From the NCBI RefSeq assembly GCF_009914755.1, contig NC_060926.1: a stretch of DNA of 64,000 nucleotides, one strand, 5' to 3'. This DNA is from the human T2T-CHM13v2.0 reference genome, Homo sapiens. Of the stretch, positions 12,355 to 29,064 are shown piece by piece. Position 1 is the first letter of the stretch, and every line of letters begins with the position of its first letter. The notes under the pieces are model-generated. The model worked only from the letters and a program-made list of their open reading frames with translations, made no database searches and was not told the origin of the DNA. A program made the position numbers and the translations under genes.

Positions 12355-15300
12355 TTTAAAAAAAATTAAGGTAAAACATACACATAAAATTTACTGTCTT
12401 TACTATTTTAAGTATACAGTTAAGTGGTAATAACTATATATATAATATAGTTTCTATATATGTATATATTCTTCCCCTTCACCCCCCTTCTCCTACCTTT
12501 CCCAGCCTCTGGTAACCACCAATCTACTCTCTATCTTCATGAGATCCACTTTTTAAGCTCCCACATAGAAATGAGAACATGCAATATTTGTCTTTCTGTG
12601 CCTGGCTTATTTCACTCAACATAACTGTCTTCAGTTCCATCCATGTTGCTGCAAATGGCAGGATTTTATTCTTTCTTATGGCTAAATAGTATTCCATTGT
12701 GTATAAGTAACACATTTTCGTTATCCATTGATGGGCACTTAGGTTGAGTCCATATTTTGACTATTGTGAATAGTGTTGCAATAAACAGGAGAGTGCAGAT
12801 GTCTTTTAGATATATGCATTTCCTTTCTTTTGGATATACACCCAGTAGTTGAATTGCTGGAACATATAGTAGTTTTATTTTCAGTTTTTTGAGGAAACTT
12901 CTTACTGTTCTCCATAGTGGCTATACTAATTTGAATTTTGGTGCCCTTTATTTATTTCTCTGAATAAATTACTCTGGCCAGGACCTCCAGTGTTATGTTA
13001 AATAAAACTGGTGAAACTGGGCATCCTTACCTTGTTCCATTCCTTAGAGGAAAGGCTTTTAATTTTTTCCTATTCGGTACAATGTTAGCTGTGGGTTTCT
13101 CACATATGGCATTTGTTATTTTGCGGTATGTTCCTTCTATCTCCACTTTGATGAGGATTTTTGTCATAAAGAGACATTAAATTTTATCAAATGCTTTCTT
13201 GGTGGAGTCCTCAGGTTTTTCTAGGTGTAAGATATGTTATTGATTTGTGTATGTTGAACCATCCTTGCATCCCTGGGATAAATCCCACTTGGTCATGGTG
13301 AATAATATTTTTAATGTATTGTTGAATTAGATTTGCCTATATTTTGTTGAGGATTTTTACATCTATGTTCATCAGGGATATTTGCCTGTAGTTCTCTTTT
13401 CTTGTGTCCTTGTCTGGTTTTGCTATCAGGGTAATGCTGACCTCATAGAATAAATGTGGAAGTATTCCCTCCTCTTCAATTTTTTTGAAGAGTTTGAGCA
13501 AAATTGGTATTAATTCTTCTCTAAATGTTTGTTACACAACAGCAGGGAAACCATCTGGTCCTGGGCTTTTCTTTGAAAGGAGAGTTTTTGTTGTTGCTTC
13601 AATCTCATTACTCATTATTAGTTTATTGAAGTTTTTTATTTCTGCATGTTTCCATCTTGGTAGATTGTATGTGTCCAAGAATGTTTCCATTTCTTTCAGA
13701 TTTGCCAATTTGCTGGCATATAGTTGTTCATAATAGTCTCTAATAATTCTTTGTATTTCTGAGGTATCAGTTGTTATGTCCCCCTCTTCATTTCTAATTT
13801 TATTATTTGAGTATTCTTTCTTTTTTTCTTAGTCTAGATAAATGTCAATTTTGTTTATCTTTAAAAATAACTTTTTGTTTTGCTGATCTTCTGTATTTTT
13901 TTAGTCTCAGTTTCATTTATTTCTGCTCTGGTATTTATTATTTTTTTCAGTTTGGGGGTTTGATTTATTCTTGCTTTTCCTTGGGGTTCATTAGTCTACT
14001 TGAGGTCTTTTTACTTTTTTAAAACATAGGTATTTATTGCTATAAACTCCCTGTTAGCACTGTTTTGTCATATCCCATAGATTTTGGTATGTTGTATTTC
14101 CATTTTAATGTGTTTCAAAAAATTTAAAATTTCCTTCTTATTTTCTTCATTGACCCATTGGTTGTTCAGGAGCATGTTGTTTAATTTCTGTGTCTGTGTA
14201 TTTTCCAAGGTTACTCTTCTTATTAGAGTTTTATCCCATTGTGGGCAGCAAAGATACTTGATATGATTTTGAATTCTTTGAACTTGTTCAGCCTTGTTTT
14301 GTGGCCTAACATATGATCTATTCTGGAGAATATTCCACGTGTTGATTAGTTTATTCTGCACATGTATTAGTCTGTTCTCATGGTGCTAATAAAGACATAC
14401 CCAAAACTGGGTAATTTATAAAGAAAAAGAGGTTTAATGGACTCACAGTTTCACATGGCTGCGGAGACCTCACAATCATGGTGGAAGGCAAAGGAAGAGC
14501 AAAGGCACATCTTACTTGGTGGCAGGCAAGAGAGAGTGTGTACAGGGGAACTCCCCTTTACGCTATGTAAGACTTATTCACTATCACAAGAACAGCAGGA
14601 AAGACCTGCCCCCATGATTCAATTACCTCCCACTGGGTCCTTCCCATGACACATGGGAATTATGGGAGCTACAATTCAAGATGAGATTTTGGTGGGGACA
14701 CAGCCAAACCATATCAGCAAAGTTGGGTGAAATGTTCTGCAAATATCAGTTAGGCACATTAGATCTAGTGTGTAAGTTAACACTGTTATTTCTCTGTTGA
14801 TTTTCTGTCTGGATGATCTGTCCATTACTAAAAGTGGGGTGTTAAAGTCTCTTACTATTATTGGACTGTAGTCTATCTCTCCCTTTAGATCTATTAGTGT
14901 TTGCTTTATATACTTGGGAGCTCTGATATTAGGTACATAGATATTTATAATTGTTATATCCTCTTCTTGAATTTGACCCCTTTATTTTATATAGTAAGTT
15001 ATTTGTCTCTTTTTACAGTCTTAGATTTTTAGTCTATTTTACCTGATATAAATATAGCTGCTCCTGTCCTTTTTTGGATTCCAGTTGCATGGAATATCTT
15101 TTTTCACCCCTTCACTTTCAGTCTATGTGTGTCTTTTGTATGTGAAGTGGGGTTCTTGAAGGCAGCATATAGCTGAATTTTATTTCTTTATCCATTCAGC
15201 CACTCTATGCCTTTTAATTAGAGAATTGAGACAATTTACATTTAGTGTTATTATTGATAATAAGAACTCAGTACTGCCATTTTATTCTCTGCTTTCTGGC

Positions 15301-17503
15301 TGTTTTAAGATCCTCCCTTTCTTACCATTTCCCTTTGTGGTTAAGTGATTTTCTCTGGTAGTGTGTTTTAATTTGTTGCTTTTTATTTTTAGTGATTCTA
15401 CTATAGGTTTTTACATTGTGATTACCATAGGCTTACAAAAACATCTTATAGATAATAATAAGTTGTTTTAAAGAGATAACTTATCTTAGATCACAAATAG
15501 AAGAATAAAAACAAAGGCAAAAAAAACTAAAAAAAAAATTCTATACTTTAACTCCATATCCCCCACATGTTGAATTTTAGTTGTCTCAATTTACAAATTT
15601 TTATATTACCTATCTCTCAACAGGTTGCTGTAGCTATTATTGTTTTTGACAGATTTGTCTTTTGGGCCTCATATTAGAGTTATAAGTGAATTGCACGCCA
15701 TAATTACAATACAGTATTATGGGTTTATTTGTGTACTTAATTTTACCAGTGGGTTTTTCACTTTGAAATGTTTTTCTTTTGCATGTTAGTGTTTATTTTT
15801 GTTTCAGATTGAAGAACTACCTTTAGCATTTCTTTTAAGAAGAGTATGGTGGTCATGAAGTTTCTCAGCTTTTATTTGTCTGGGAAGGACTAGCTTTCCT
15901 TCATAGTTGAAGAATAATTTTGCTGAGCACAGTATTCTTGGAAGGCAGAATTTTTTTCCTTTGGGCACTTTGAAAATGTCATTCCATTCCCTCCTGGCCT
16001 ACTTAGAAGTCTGTTGAGAAGTCTGTTACCAGATGAATTGGAGTTCCTTTATATGTTATTTCAGTTTTTTTTCTTGATGACTGCAGCATCCTCTCTTTGT
16101 TTCTGAACTTTGAGAGTTTGGTTATTATATACCTTGGTGTGGTCTTATTTGGGTTGATTCTGGTGTTCGTAGACCTTGGATTTGTATATTTCCCAAGTTT
16201 GAGGAAGTTTTCTGCTATTATTTCTTCGAATAAACTTTATGCCCCTTGCTCTTCCTTGGCTCCTTCTTGAACACCAATAATTCTTAGATTTGGTCTTTGG
16301 AGATAATTTTCTATATCTTACAGGCAATCTTCATTCCTTTTTGTTCTTTTTTCTTTGACTGTGTATTTTCATATAGCCAGTGTTTGAGCTCACTGATTTT
16401 TCCTCTGCTTGGCCGATTTTTCTGTTGAGAGTCTCTAATGAGTTCTTCACTTCAGCAAATGTATTTCTCAGTTCTAAGGTTTCTGTTTTATTTTTAAAAA
16501 CTATTTCAATCTTTTTGTTAAATTTCTCTGATAAACTTTTGATTTGCTTTTCTGTGTTATCTTGGAGATCACTAAGTTTCCTTTAAAATGCTATTTTTAA
16601 TTATTGGTCAGGGAGCTCACAAATGGCCACTTTGTTAGGGTCAGTCACTGTATTGTTGCTTTGTCCTTTTGGTAGGTCATGGTTCCCTGTTAGCTGTTGT
16701 TTTGTGTTGGTATGTGTTTATATCTTTGCATTGAAAGATCAGTTTTTTATTCTAGTTTTCTCTCTCTGGCCTGTTTTGTTTTTTATTGGATATATTTGCT
16801 TAGCAAATTTTTACCTATAGGTTGCTGCCTCCTTTTTGGTTCTAAGTAGCACGTGAAGCCCAGGTTCACCTCTGCGCTAATAAATAGTCAAAGTGCTGCC
16901 TGTTCCAAATGGGGGAGGTCTCAAAGAGATTACCCAGTAGTGTGGGAAGGCTGGCTAGCAGTTTGTGCCCAGGGAACCTGTGAAATGTGCCTCCTAAGCA
17001 TGATGCTGCTGAACAGCCACATTGATTTGGCATCTCCTTTGGCTGAGTTACAGAGTAGAGTTTCCATGGCTGGAGACGGCAGTCCTACCTTTGCCTATGC
17101 CCATCCTTAGGGATATTTTTCCCTTTAGACAATCACAATGCTTCCTGTGCATTAAGGGAAGGACAGATCTCCTGCCAAAGAGACCCTAAGAAGGTGGAGA
17201 AGCTGGTTGACCACCTCAATTTCAGTTTTTCCAGTGTAGAAATTGTGAATGAGGAAAGATTTTCTATGAACTTGTTGCCAGGAAAATTGTGGGGTAGGGG
17301 TGTCACAGATGTGAAAGTCTGATTCTCCTACTACTTGCTTAGAATATTTTCACTTCTCTGTGGTCCTGGGACCTGTCTGATCCTCATGTTTGAATTTCAA
17401 GTGTTGCTAGTGAAAATCTCAGTGCTTTGGTTTTGATTTTCTACAGGGTGTGGGGAGTAAAACCAGCTTGCTTCTACACCACCATTTTAAAACTGGAAGT
17501 CTC
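12355..17503 (-). mobile_element. L1MA-type LINE-1 spanning 5' end to 3' end with large internal deletions; interrupted by THE1C
   Basis: L1MA 3' UTR (ccagcctctggtaaccaccaatctactctctatcttcatgagatccac), ORF2 C-terminus (MEYYLAIRKNKILPFAATWMELK), ORF1 remnants near 16.1-16.3 kb, and an L1M-like 5' terminus (gacttccagttttaaaatggtg on the minus strand) at about 17500. Confidence 0.85.
14363..14716 (-). mobile_element. THE1C-like MaLR solo LTR (sense to ALK)
   Basis: Termini tgtattagtc...aaaccatatca; 5-bp TSD gcaca/gcaaa; inserted in L1MA ORF2. Confidence 0.92.
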
Positions 17504-17700
17504 CTTTTCTTAATAGAAAGCAAATAGCATTTTTAGATATAAATATTTAAAGAAATTTTTAGTTTTTAATTACAAAATAAATATGTAAAAATTCTAATGA
17601 TACAAAAATGTATTCTCCTCCTAGTTCCCCAACCAAAATTCTACTCTCCAAAAGTAATTGGCAATAATAGTTTGGTATACATGCTTCCAGGACATTTTCT

Positions 17701-17815
17701 TTTTTTTTTTTTTCATTTGAATTAGAGTCTCAGATGTCTTTTATTTAGGGAGGTTTTTTCATACATTTTCTGTTTCCCTGCATACCTTCTGCAGGAAATA
17801 TACAGTGGCTTCTGC
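17701..17815 (-). mobile_element. L1 3'-transduced segment (102 nt) with second poly(A) tail
   Basis: Non-L1 sequence 17714-17815 lies between the L1 tail and a second T-tract (17701-17713), inside the TSD. Minus-strand AATAAA at 17740-17745 is 26 nt before the tail. Confidence 0.9.
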
Positions 17816-20796
<2,981 letters not shown>

Positions 20797-21541
20797 CTAC
20801 TGTTTAACAACCTACATTTTCATTAAACTATATCAATATTTTTCCATGTTAGTGTATATAATATTTATTTAACATTTTTAAAAATATACATTGCTTTTGT
20901 AATTAAATTTTTTATGGATCCATCCTAATTAATTTGGCCAGTTCACTGTTGATGCACATTTAAAGCAGATTCTATTTTTTTCTCTATTCCACATAATTCT
21001 GACAATGAACTATAATAATATTTAAACAGTTATTGAAAATCAAGTGAAGGAAAGAGTGACAACTGTGAGATCCTGAGAGTTTCCTCTTAAAGGCAGCCTG
21101 CGTCTTCCTTTTCCTTTGCCCCCAACCTTCCCTACCAGCAAAACCTGATGGGACAGAGACCAGTGGGAGGTCCGAACCCTCAGTACCTTGAAGGATAGGA
21201 TGGCCCAGGGGAACATCTTTCCCTCATCCAGTGTGAAAATCACCTGTGAATTTTTTTTTCTTAGATACTGAAAGTTACAGCTGGATACATGCCTGCTGCT
21301 TACATGCTGTATGTCTTCGGACAATTCTTTACCTTCTTTGCAGCTCAGTTTGTTTATTTACAAAATAATGAGTATACCTTTCTGAGTATACCTCTTGCTG
21401 CTGTTCATTGATTATTTCCTGTGTAGCAAACATTGTGCCAATGTTTGCTTTAGTGTATGTGCAATGTGAGCTTTAGTGTATTATTTTGTTTAATTCTTAT
21501 TAAATCCCCTTGAGGTAAGTTTTATAAATCTTATTTTTTAA

Positions 21542-21670
21542 AAATTTTGTTGTAGAGATGGCACCCCTCTATATTGACCAGACTGGTCTTGAACTTCTGG
21601 CATGAAGCAATCCTCCTGCATTGGCCTCCCAAAGTGTTGGGATTACAGGTGTGGGTGATGGCACCTGGCC
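21542..21670 (-). mobile_element. FLAM / free left Alu monomer
   Basis: Single Alu left arm; TSD taaatcttattttttaa / tgaatcttattttttaa. Confidence 0.85.
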
Positions 21671-22736
21671 TGAATCTTATTTTTTAATTCAGCTTTTAGT
21701 CTTATTATTGATTTGTAAGAGTTGTTTATATATTATGGATACACTTTTTTATGCAATGTATGATTCACAAATTTTTCTCCCAGTCTTGTGGCTTGATTTT
21801 TCATTTTCCTAATGGTGTCTTTTAGAACACAAAAGTTTTAAATTTTGATGAAGCACAATTTATCAATGTCTTGCATTGATTGTGATTTTAGCATCATACC
21901 TAAAAACGTTTTTCCCCACCCAAGGTCACAAAGATGTTCTGTCATTTTCATTTTCTTGGGTAGAAACTGTATACTTTTGGCTCTTAAATTCTGAGTTAAT
22001 TTTTGTGTATGGTATGAGGTCATATTCTAAGTTCATTTTTTTGTAAATGAATATCCAATTATTCCAGCACCATTTCTTTTACCTCAGGCACCTTTGTCAA
22101 AAGTCAGTTGATTATAAATTAAACATGTATTTATGGACTCTCATTTCTGTTCCATTGGTATATAAGCCTCTCCTTTCTTTAATATCACACTGTCTTCATT
22201 ACTTTGGCTTTATAGTAAGTTTTGAAATCAGGTAGTAGAAGTTCTCCAAATTTGTTCCTTGAAAAAATATTGTGTCTATTCCAGGTCTTTTCCATATAAA
22301 TTTTAAGTTACAAAATAAAAAAGCCTACTGGAATTTTGATAGCAATTACATTAAGCTTATTGATCAATGTGGGGAGAAATACCATCTTGAAGCTATTGAT
22401 ATTTTCAATTCCAAAATGTAATGTCTCTTTTTTTAATTTATATTATCTTTAATTTCAGCAATATGCAATTTTTAATGTATGCAGCTTGCACTTGTTTTGT
22501 TAAATTTTTTTCTAATTATTTTCTCTTTTTGATGATCTTGTCAGTGGAATTACTTTCTTAATTCCCTTTTGGAAATTGTTGTTAGAACATAGAAATACAG
22601 TTAATTTTTTAATATTGATTTTGTATCTGTGGCCTTGGTAAATTCATTTGTTTGTTAAATTAGCTTTCATTTTTTGTGAATTCTTTTGGGATTTTCTACC
22701 TAAAATTCATCTTATCTGCTAATAAAGGCAATTTTA

Positions 22737-22941
22737 TTTTATCCTTTCCAATCTGTATATCTGTATGTTTTTAGTTCCCTCCCTCCCTATTTTATCCTTT
22801 CCAATCTGTATATCTGCATGTTTTTGGTTCTCTCCCTCCTTCCCTCCTTCCTTCCTCCTTCCCTCCCTTCTTCCTTCCTTCTCCCCTCCCCTCCCCTCCC
22901 CTCCCCTCCCCTCCCATCCCCTCCCCTTCCCTTCCCTTCCT
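22737..22941. repeat. ~55-bp imperfect duplication followed by a (CCCT/CCCCT/CCTT)n polypyrimidine tract
   Basis: ttttatcctttccaatctgtatatctg...tgttttt occurs twice; about 110 nt of near-pure C/T at 22828-22941. Confidence 0.85.
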
Positions 22942-25900
22942 TTGTATTGGCTAGGCTCAATCACTACAAGTGATGAAAGCAAGTATTTTTCCCTTATTCT
23001 TAATCTTGGAGACAAGCTTTTAGTCTTTCATTATTATGTTGTTTGTTAGGTATGGGTATTTCACAGGTGCTCTTTATTAGGTTAAGGAAATTACCTTCTA
23101 TTCCTAGTACATAGAGAAATTTGATCATGAGTGGATGTTGGATTCTATCAACTGCCTTTTCTGTGTTTATTGAGATAGCCAAACGGCTTATGTACTTTAT
23201 CCTATTAACATGGTATATTACATCAACTGATTTTGGGATATTAAACCAACCTTGCAATCCTAAATAAATTCCACTTGGTTATAGTGTATCATCCTTTTCA
23301 TCCGTTGCTAAATATGGTTTGTAATATTTTGTTAAGAATTTTTGCACCCATCTTTTATGAGGGATATCAATCAGGGGTTTTCTTTCCTTGTCACATCTAT
23401 TTTCCTAGATTTAGGATCAGGGGAATAGTGAGTGGCCTCATAGAATGAGTTGGGAAGTATTCATTCCTTTATTTCTAAAAGAATATGTCAATAATTGGCA
23501 TAATTTATTCTGCAAGTATTTGGTAGAATTCCCCAATGAAGGCACCTGGGTCTGGACTTTTCTTTTGGGGTAGATTTTCAATTACTAATTCAAGTCTTTA
23601 CTTGTTATAAGTCTATTCAGATTTTAATATTTCTTCCTGAATTGGTTTTGGTAATTTGTGTGTCTCTAGAAATCTGTCCCTTTTATCTAAGTTGTCATAT
23701 ATTGTCATATCTAAGGTGTCATATATTGGCAAAAGGATGTTTAGTTTCCCTTACAATCTTTTAAATTCTTTAGGGTCAAGAGTGATGGTCCCTCATTTAT
23801 TCCTGAATTAGTAATTTGTGTCTTCTCTCTCTTTTACTTGATTAATCTGAATAAAAGGTTTATCAATTTTGTTATTCTTTTCAAATAACAAATTTTTGGG
23901 TTCAATGATTCTTACTACTGCTTTTTTATTTCATGGATTTCTACTCAATCTTTATTTCCTTTCTTCTGCATGCTTTTACATCGCATGTTTTCATTGATTT
24001 TTCTAATTTCTTAAAATAAAAACTTAGGTTATAGATTTGAGACTTTACTCTTTTTCTAATATAGGCATTCAAAGCTATACTTTTTTTTCTCTGAGCACTT
24101 TTAAATTTCATCTCATAAGTTTTAATATGTTTTATTTTAATTTTCATTCAGGTGAAATATTTTCTATTTCCCATGCAATTGATTTTTTCTTTGATGTTTA
24201 TTTAGAAGTTCATTATTTAATTTCCTAATAGTCAGGGATTTCTGAGATTTCTTTCAGTGGTCAACTTTTAGTTTGTTTTATTGTGATTGAAGGATATACT
24301 TTTTAAATTTTACTTGCATAATTTTAATTTTAATTAAATTTAAATTTAATTTTAATTTTACTTATATAATACTGATTTTTTACTTGTATAATTTTATACT
24401 TGTATAATTTTATATAAATTAATGACTTTCTTTATGGCCTGGCATATGGTCTATATTGAAGAATGTTCTCTGTTTACTTGAAAGGTTTGTATTATGTAGT
24501 CGTTAGGTGGAAAGGTGTTTATTTGTCAGTTAGGTTGAGTTAGTTGATGTTATTGCTCAAGGCTTCTATATCCTTCTTTATCCAGTTGTTCTACTTTTGG
24601 GAGTTATTGAAATCTCCCACTATAATTGTTGAATTGTCTTGTTTCCCCTTTCAGTTCTAACAGTTTTGCTTCATGTGTTTTGTGGCCCTGTTGTTTGATG
24701 CACATACATTTATAATTGTTATCTCTTCCTGGTGAATTGACATTTTTATCATTATAAAATATACTGTTTAGTATATTTTTGTCTTAATTTTATCTGATAT
24801 TAATACAACCACTCCAGCTTTCTTTTGGTTAATTGTTTGTGTGATATCTCTTTTCCAATCCTTTTACTTTCAATCTATTTGAGTATTTGAGTCTAAAGTG
24901 TCCCTCTTCTAGAAAACATACATTTCATCTTCCTTTTTATGTAGTCTGACAATCTCTGATCTTGTGTGTTTTTTAGTTCCTCTGTATCTTTCTTCCTTTT
25001 TTTTCAGCACTGAATACTTTTCAGCGTACCATTTTAATCGTTTATTTATTTTCTTTCATTTTTTCCTTTGTTTCTTCCTTGCTTTTTCTTTCTTTCTTTT
25101 CTCTCTGTTTCTTTCTCTTACATTTTGGAGTTATTTTCCTAGTGATTGCTCTAAAAATTACAATATGCATCTTAGTTTATCACAGTCTATTTAAGATTAA
25201 TATTACCTAATTTTACTAAAATATAGAAATTTTGCTCCAATCTAATTCTACTCTCCATTTTTGTGCTGTTATTGTCCTATATACATCTATATATGTTATC
25301 AACCCAACAATATAGTTTTATAATTGTGGATTTACATAATTTTGTCTTTTAAGATGTTAAGAGAAGAATAAGAAAAAAAGTTGTTTAAGCCTTTTATATT
25401 AACCCATATGTTTACTATTTCTAGTACTCTTCATTTCTCCCCGTGGATTCAAGTTAGCTCCTGGTATGATTCATTTCAGCCTGAAACACTTCCTTAGTAT
25501 TTATTGTAAAACAGGTCTGCTGGCAACAAATTCTCTGTCTTTGTTTTTCTGGGAATTATTTGTTTTGTCTTTATTTTTAAAGGTTAGTTTTGCTTGATAT
25601 CAAAAACTTGTTGACATTTTTTCTTATCTTTCAACATGTTGGAATATGTGTTCCACTGTCTTTTAGTCTTTCATGTTTCAAATAAGAAGTCAGCCATTAA
25701 TCATTTCAATATTCCCTGTACATGATAAGCTATTGTTCTCTTGTTGTTTAAGATCTTTGGTGGCATTTAACAATATGATGATGATATGTCTAGATGTAGA
25801 TCTCATTGTATTTATTCTAGGTGGGATTTTCTGAGGCACTTGGATGTGCAAATTGATTTTTTTCACCAAATTTGGCAAGTTTTAGGCCATTATTTCTTCA

Positions 25901-26667
25901 AAAAAATTTTGCCCCCCTTTTCTTTTCTCTCTTATAGGACTTCTATTAAACACATATTATAACACTTCATGTTGTCCCAGAAGTTTCTTAGGATCTGAAC
26001 ATTTTTCTTAAAACATTTTTCTCTCTGTTCTTTAGGGTGAAAAATTTATACTGGCTTGTCTTCACATTTTAAAATTTCTTCTGCCTTCTTAAATCTGCTG
26101 TTGAGCTGGTCTAGTGAATTCTTCATTTTAGTTACTGCACTTTCCAACCCAAGATTTTCCATTTTGGTTTCTTTTTAAAAGATTTTTCTGTCCAGTCAAA
26201 TTCTCAGTTTTTCAGTTATTATTGCTCATTGTTGTCATGCTGTTCTTTATTTCTTTAAACTTTTTTGTTGTTTTTAATTGAATATATTCATAATAGCTAC
26301 TTTTAAGGTTTTATTTTCTAAATCCAATAGTTGAGGACATTCAGAAAGTTTTATTAGCTTTTTGTTTTCTTATGAGTCACATTGTATTATTTCTTTGTAT
26401 ATATTCTCATTTTTGTTAAAACTGAACATTTTAGAAAATGTATTACAGCAATTCTGGATTCTGATATTTCCCTCTGAAGACTGCCATAGGTTCTTTTCTT
26501 GTTCTTATAGTTGTTTTATTTTGCTATCTTTGTTAGTTTTGTTTCTTCATTTAGTAACTTGGCTGGGTTCTATCTGTGAAGTCTGTCTTCCCTGCAGTGT
26601 GTGGAGGCTGATGTCTCTATTGATTGTTTTTCAGGTGCTTATTTTTATTTTTACTTTTTAATAAAAA

Positions 26668-26964
26668 AGAGATGGGGTCTTGCTATGTTGCCCAGGCTGG
26701 AGTGCAGTGGCTATTCATAGGCATGATCCCACTACTGATCAGCAAAGTAGTTTTGACCTGCTTTGTTTACGACATGTCCAGTTCATCCTTTTTTAGGCAA
26801 CCTGGTAGTCCCCTGCTCCTGTGAGGTCACCATATTGATGCCAAACTTAGTGCAGACACTTATCAGCATAGCACACTACAGCTCAGAACTCCGGGGTTTA
26901 AGCATTCTTTCTGCCTCAGCCACTGGAGTAGCTGGGACTACAGGCATATGCCACCATACCCAGC
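26668..26964 (-). pseudogene. Full-length 7SL (SRP RNA) retropseudogene
   Basis: The reverse complement aligns end to end with 7SL, including the S domain absent from Alu (catcaatatggtgacctc, ccaggttgcctaa, gcaggtcaaaact, gctgatcagtagtgggatc). About 297 nt with heavy CpG decay. Possibly the annotated RN7SL516P (from memory, unverified). Confidence 0.93.
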
Positions 26965-27939
26965 TGTTTTGATTTTTAAGCCTGGATTTCTATGGGTACT
27001 TCCTATGTTCCTTAGTGATTGGCAAATGTTTTTACAGATGATGGGCTTATATTCCTTAAGTCAGTAAGACTTCTGTCATCTGTCAATAGATCTGTGTATA
27101 GGTAAGATAATGTGTTTCTTTTCTTGCTTTGCGTATGTCAGGTCTTAAAAATCTGGAGGAGGAATGCACTTTAATGTTCAGGCCATTTAGTTCTTGAGTG
27201 TCTGCTCTGCATATACACAACCGTAGGATTGGCTAAAAGGCTGTGGCTACCTCAGACTCTGTCCTATCTCCATTGGGAATATATGCAGCCATAAATGGAG
27301 CCTCAGGCTAGCAGAGTAGTTCTTTCCCTATCCCAGCCCCATCCCACTTCCCTCTGAGATTATCACTTTCACCTACAACCCCCCTGGGCATGTACATTAC
27401 CCCCTTCCCCCCCTCAACCTCATCTTTATTTCACTCCATCTAGACATGTGATTTCCTTCTGAAGGACACTGAGTTTTCATCCTGTCTTTGATCTCAGGAG
27501 CACAGAACCCAGTTGATCCAGCTTACTTTAAAAATATTACTCTATTTAATTATTTCCTCATTCCCACAGGCTTCTGGAATTCACCTCTCTTATCAATTTA
27601 GGCAACTAAGCTTGTTTCTCTAGCAAGCAATGTTTCCTAAATTTGTCCTTATATATGTGTCACACAAAAGACCAACAGGTGTCTGAATTTGTTTTTATTA
27701 GTAGGGCCAGCCCATTTAGTCTGTATGTCAGCCAATCTTGCTGGTTCTGCCTATTCTGTTTCCAGAGTTGTTGATGGGAAGAATACTTTAGGCTTTTGAT
27801 GGCAAAGAGATTGAGGAGGGAAGAGGAAGAGAGAACACTGGGATAGAAGAGAGATGGAAAAGTAACAGACAGCAAAAATGAGAGAAATGAATGAAGCACT
27901 CATTTGAGGGCTGGGCAATTATGGATGCTCTCTAGAGAA

Positions 27940-28110
27940 CTGCCTAGCCAAAAGCACTGAGACTCCTGTCTTCTCTCAAATCCTCATTTTGAAAGCATTA
28001 ATTATTTTGATGACTCTTTTTTTTATATTCCCAGTGCTCTGACCTATTTTACAGTTAAAGGCTCCAAATAGGATATAACCTGTGTTTAGAGCTTGGACAT
28101 GGGAGAGATA
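27940..28110 (-). mobile_element. Possible CR1/L3 ORF2 C-terminal fragment
   Basis: KKRVIKIINAFKM weakly resembles CR1 QRRATKMIKGLE. Confidence 0.35.
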
Positions 28111-28683
28111 GCAGTGACTGCACTGAGTTCTCCCACACTGCACTGCCTGGGTACATACCACTATAGAATGAATTCCTTTTGGGTATCAATGTGTTGTCTT
28201 AATAAATGAAGAAAAATAATTCTTAGGAGAGGAAGATTATTTAATCTACATAATGATACTTTAATAATACTTTATGTTTGCTTAGCTGAAGCAATATTGG
28301 ATATAAGGGGATTAAACAGGGGCATCCCAAGCTGTTGTTGCAGAAGTAAATTTAATGTCTATCTACTTTAGTGTCATGGCAATATATAACCGAAAGACTA
28401 TTCTCATTGTAGGCACCTTGCCTAAGAATAATTCACCATTCTTAGCAAAATATTTCAAATACCTCCTTCATTGCCTCTAGATGCAACAAATGCTGATCAC
28501 AACAGAAAGAAGGAGGTTGCCAAATATAACACAAATACAAGTCATGGTGCTCCAGAAAAGAGACACAGGGAGCTGCCACACTATGCATGCTATCAGATTC
28601 ATTAACAAGTAAACACAGCATCTCGCATATTTCCAAATACTAACAGCTTCCATAAGAATCAACTAGGAAAGGAGTAATACTCA

Positions 28684-29064
<381 letters not shown>

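Larger units (their letters stand above)
21690..27250 (-). mobile_element. Ancient L1M (L1MC/MD-like) with ORF2 and ORF1 remnants
   Basis: Peptides MQGWFNIPKSVDVIYHVNRIK (RT), KSIALNAYIRK (ORF2) and MPNLVKKINLHIQVPQKIPPRIN...RHIII (ORF1) occur in colinear order; boundaries approximate. Confidence 0.8.
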
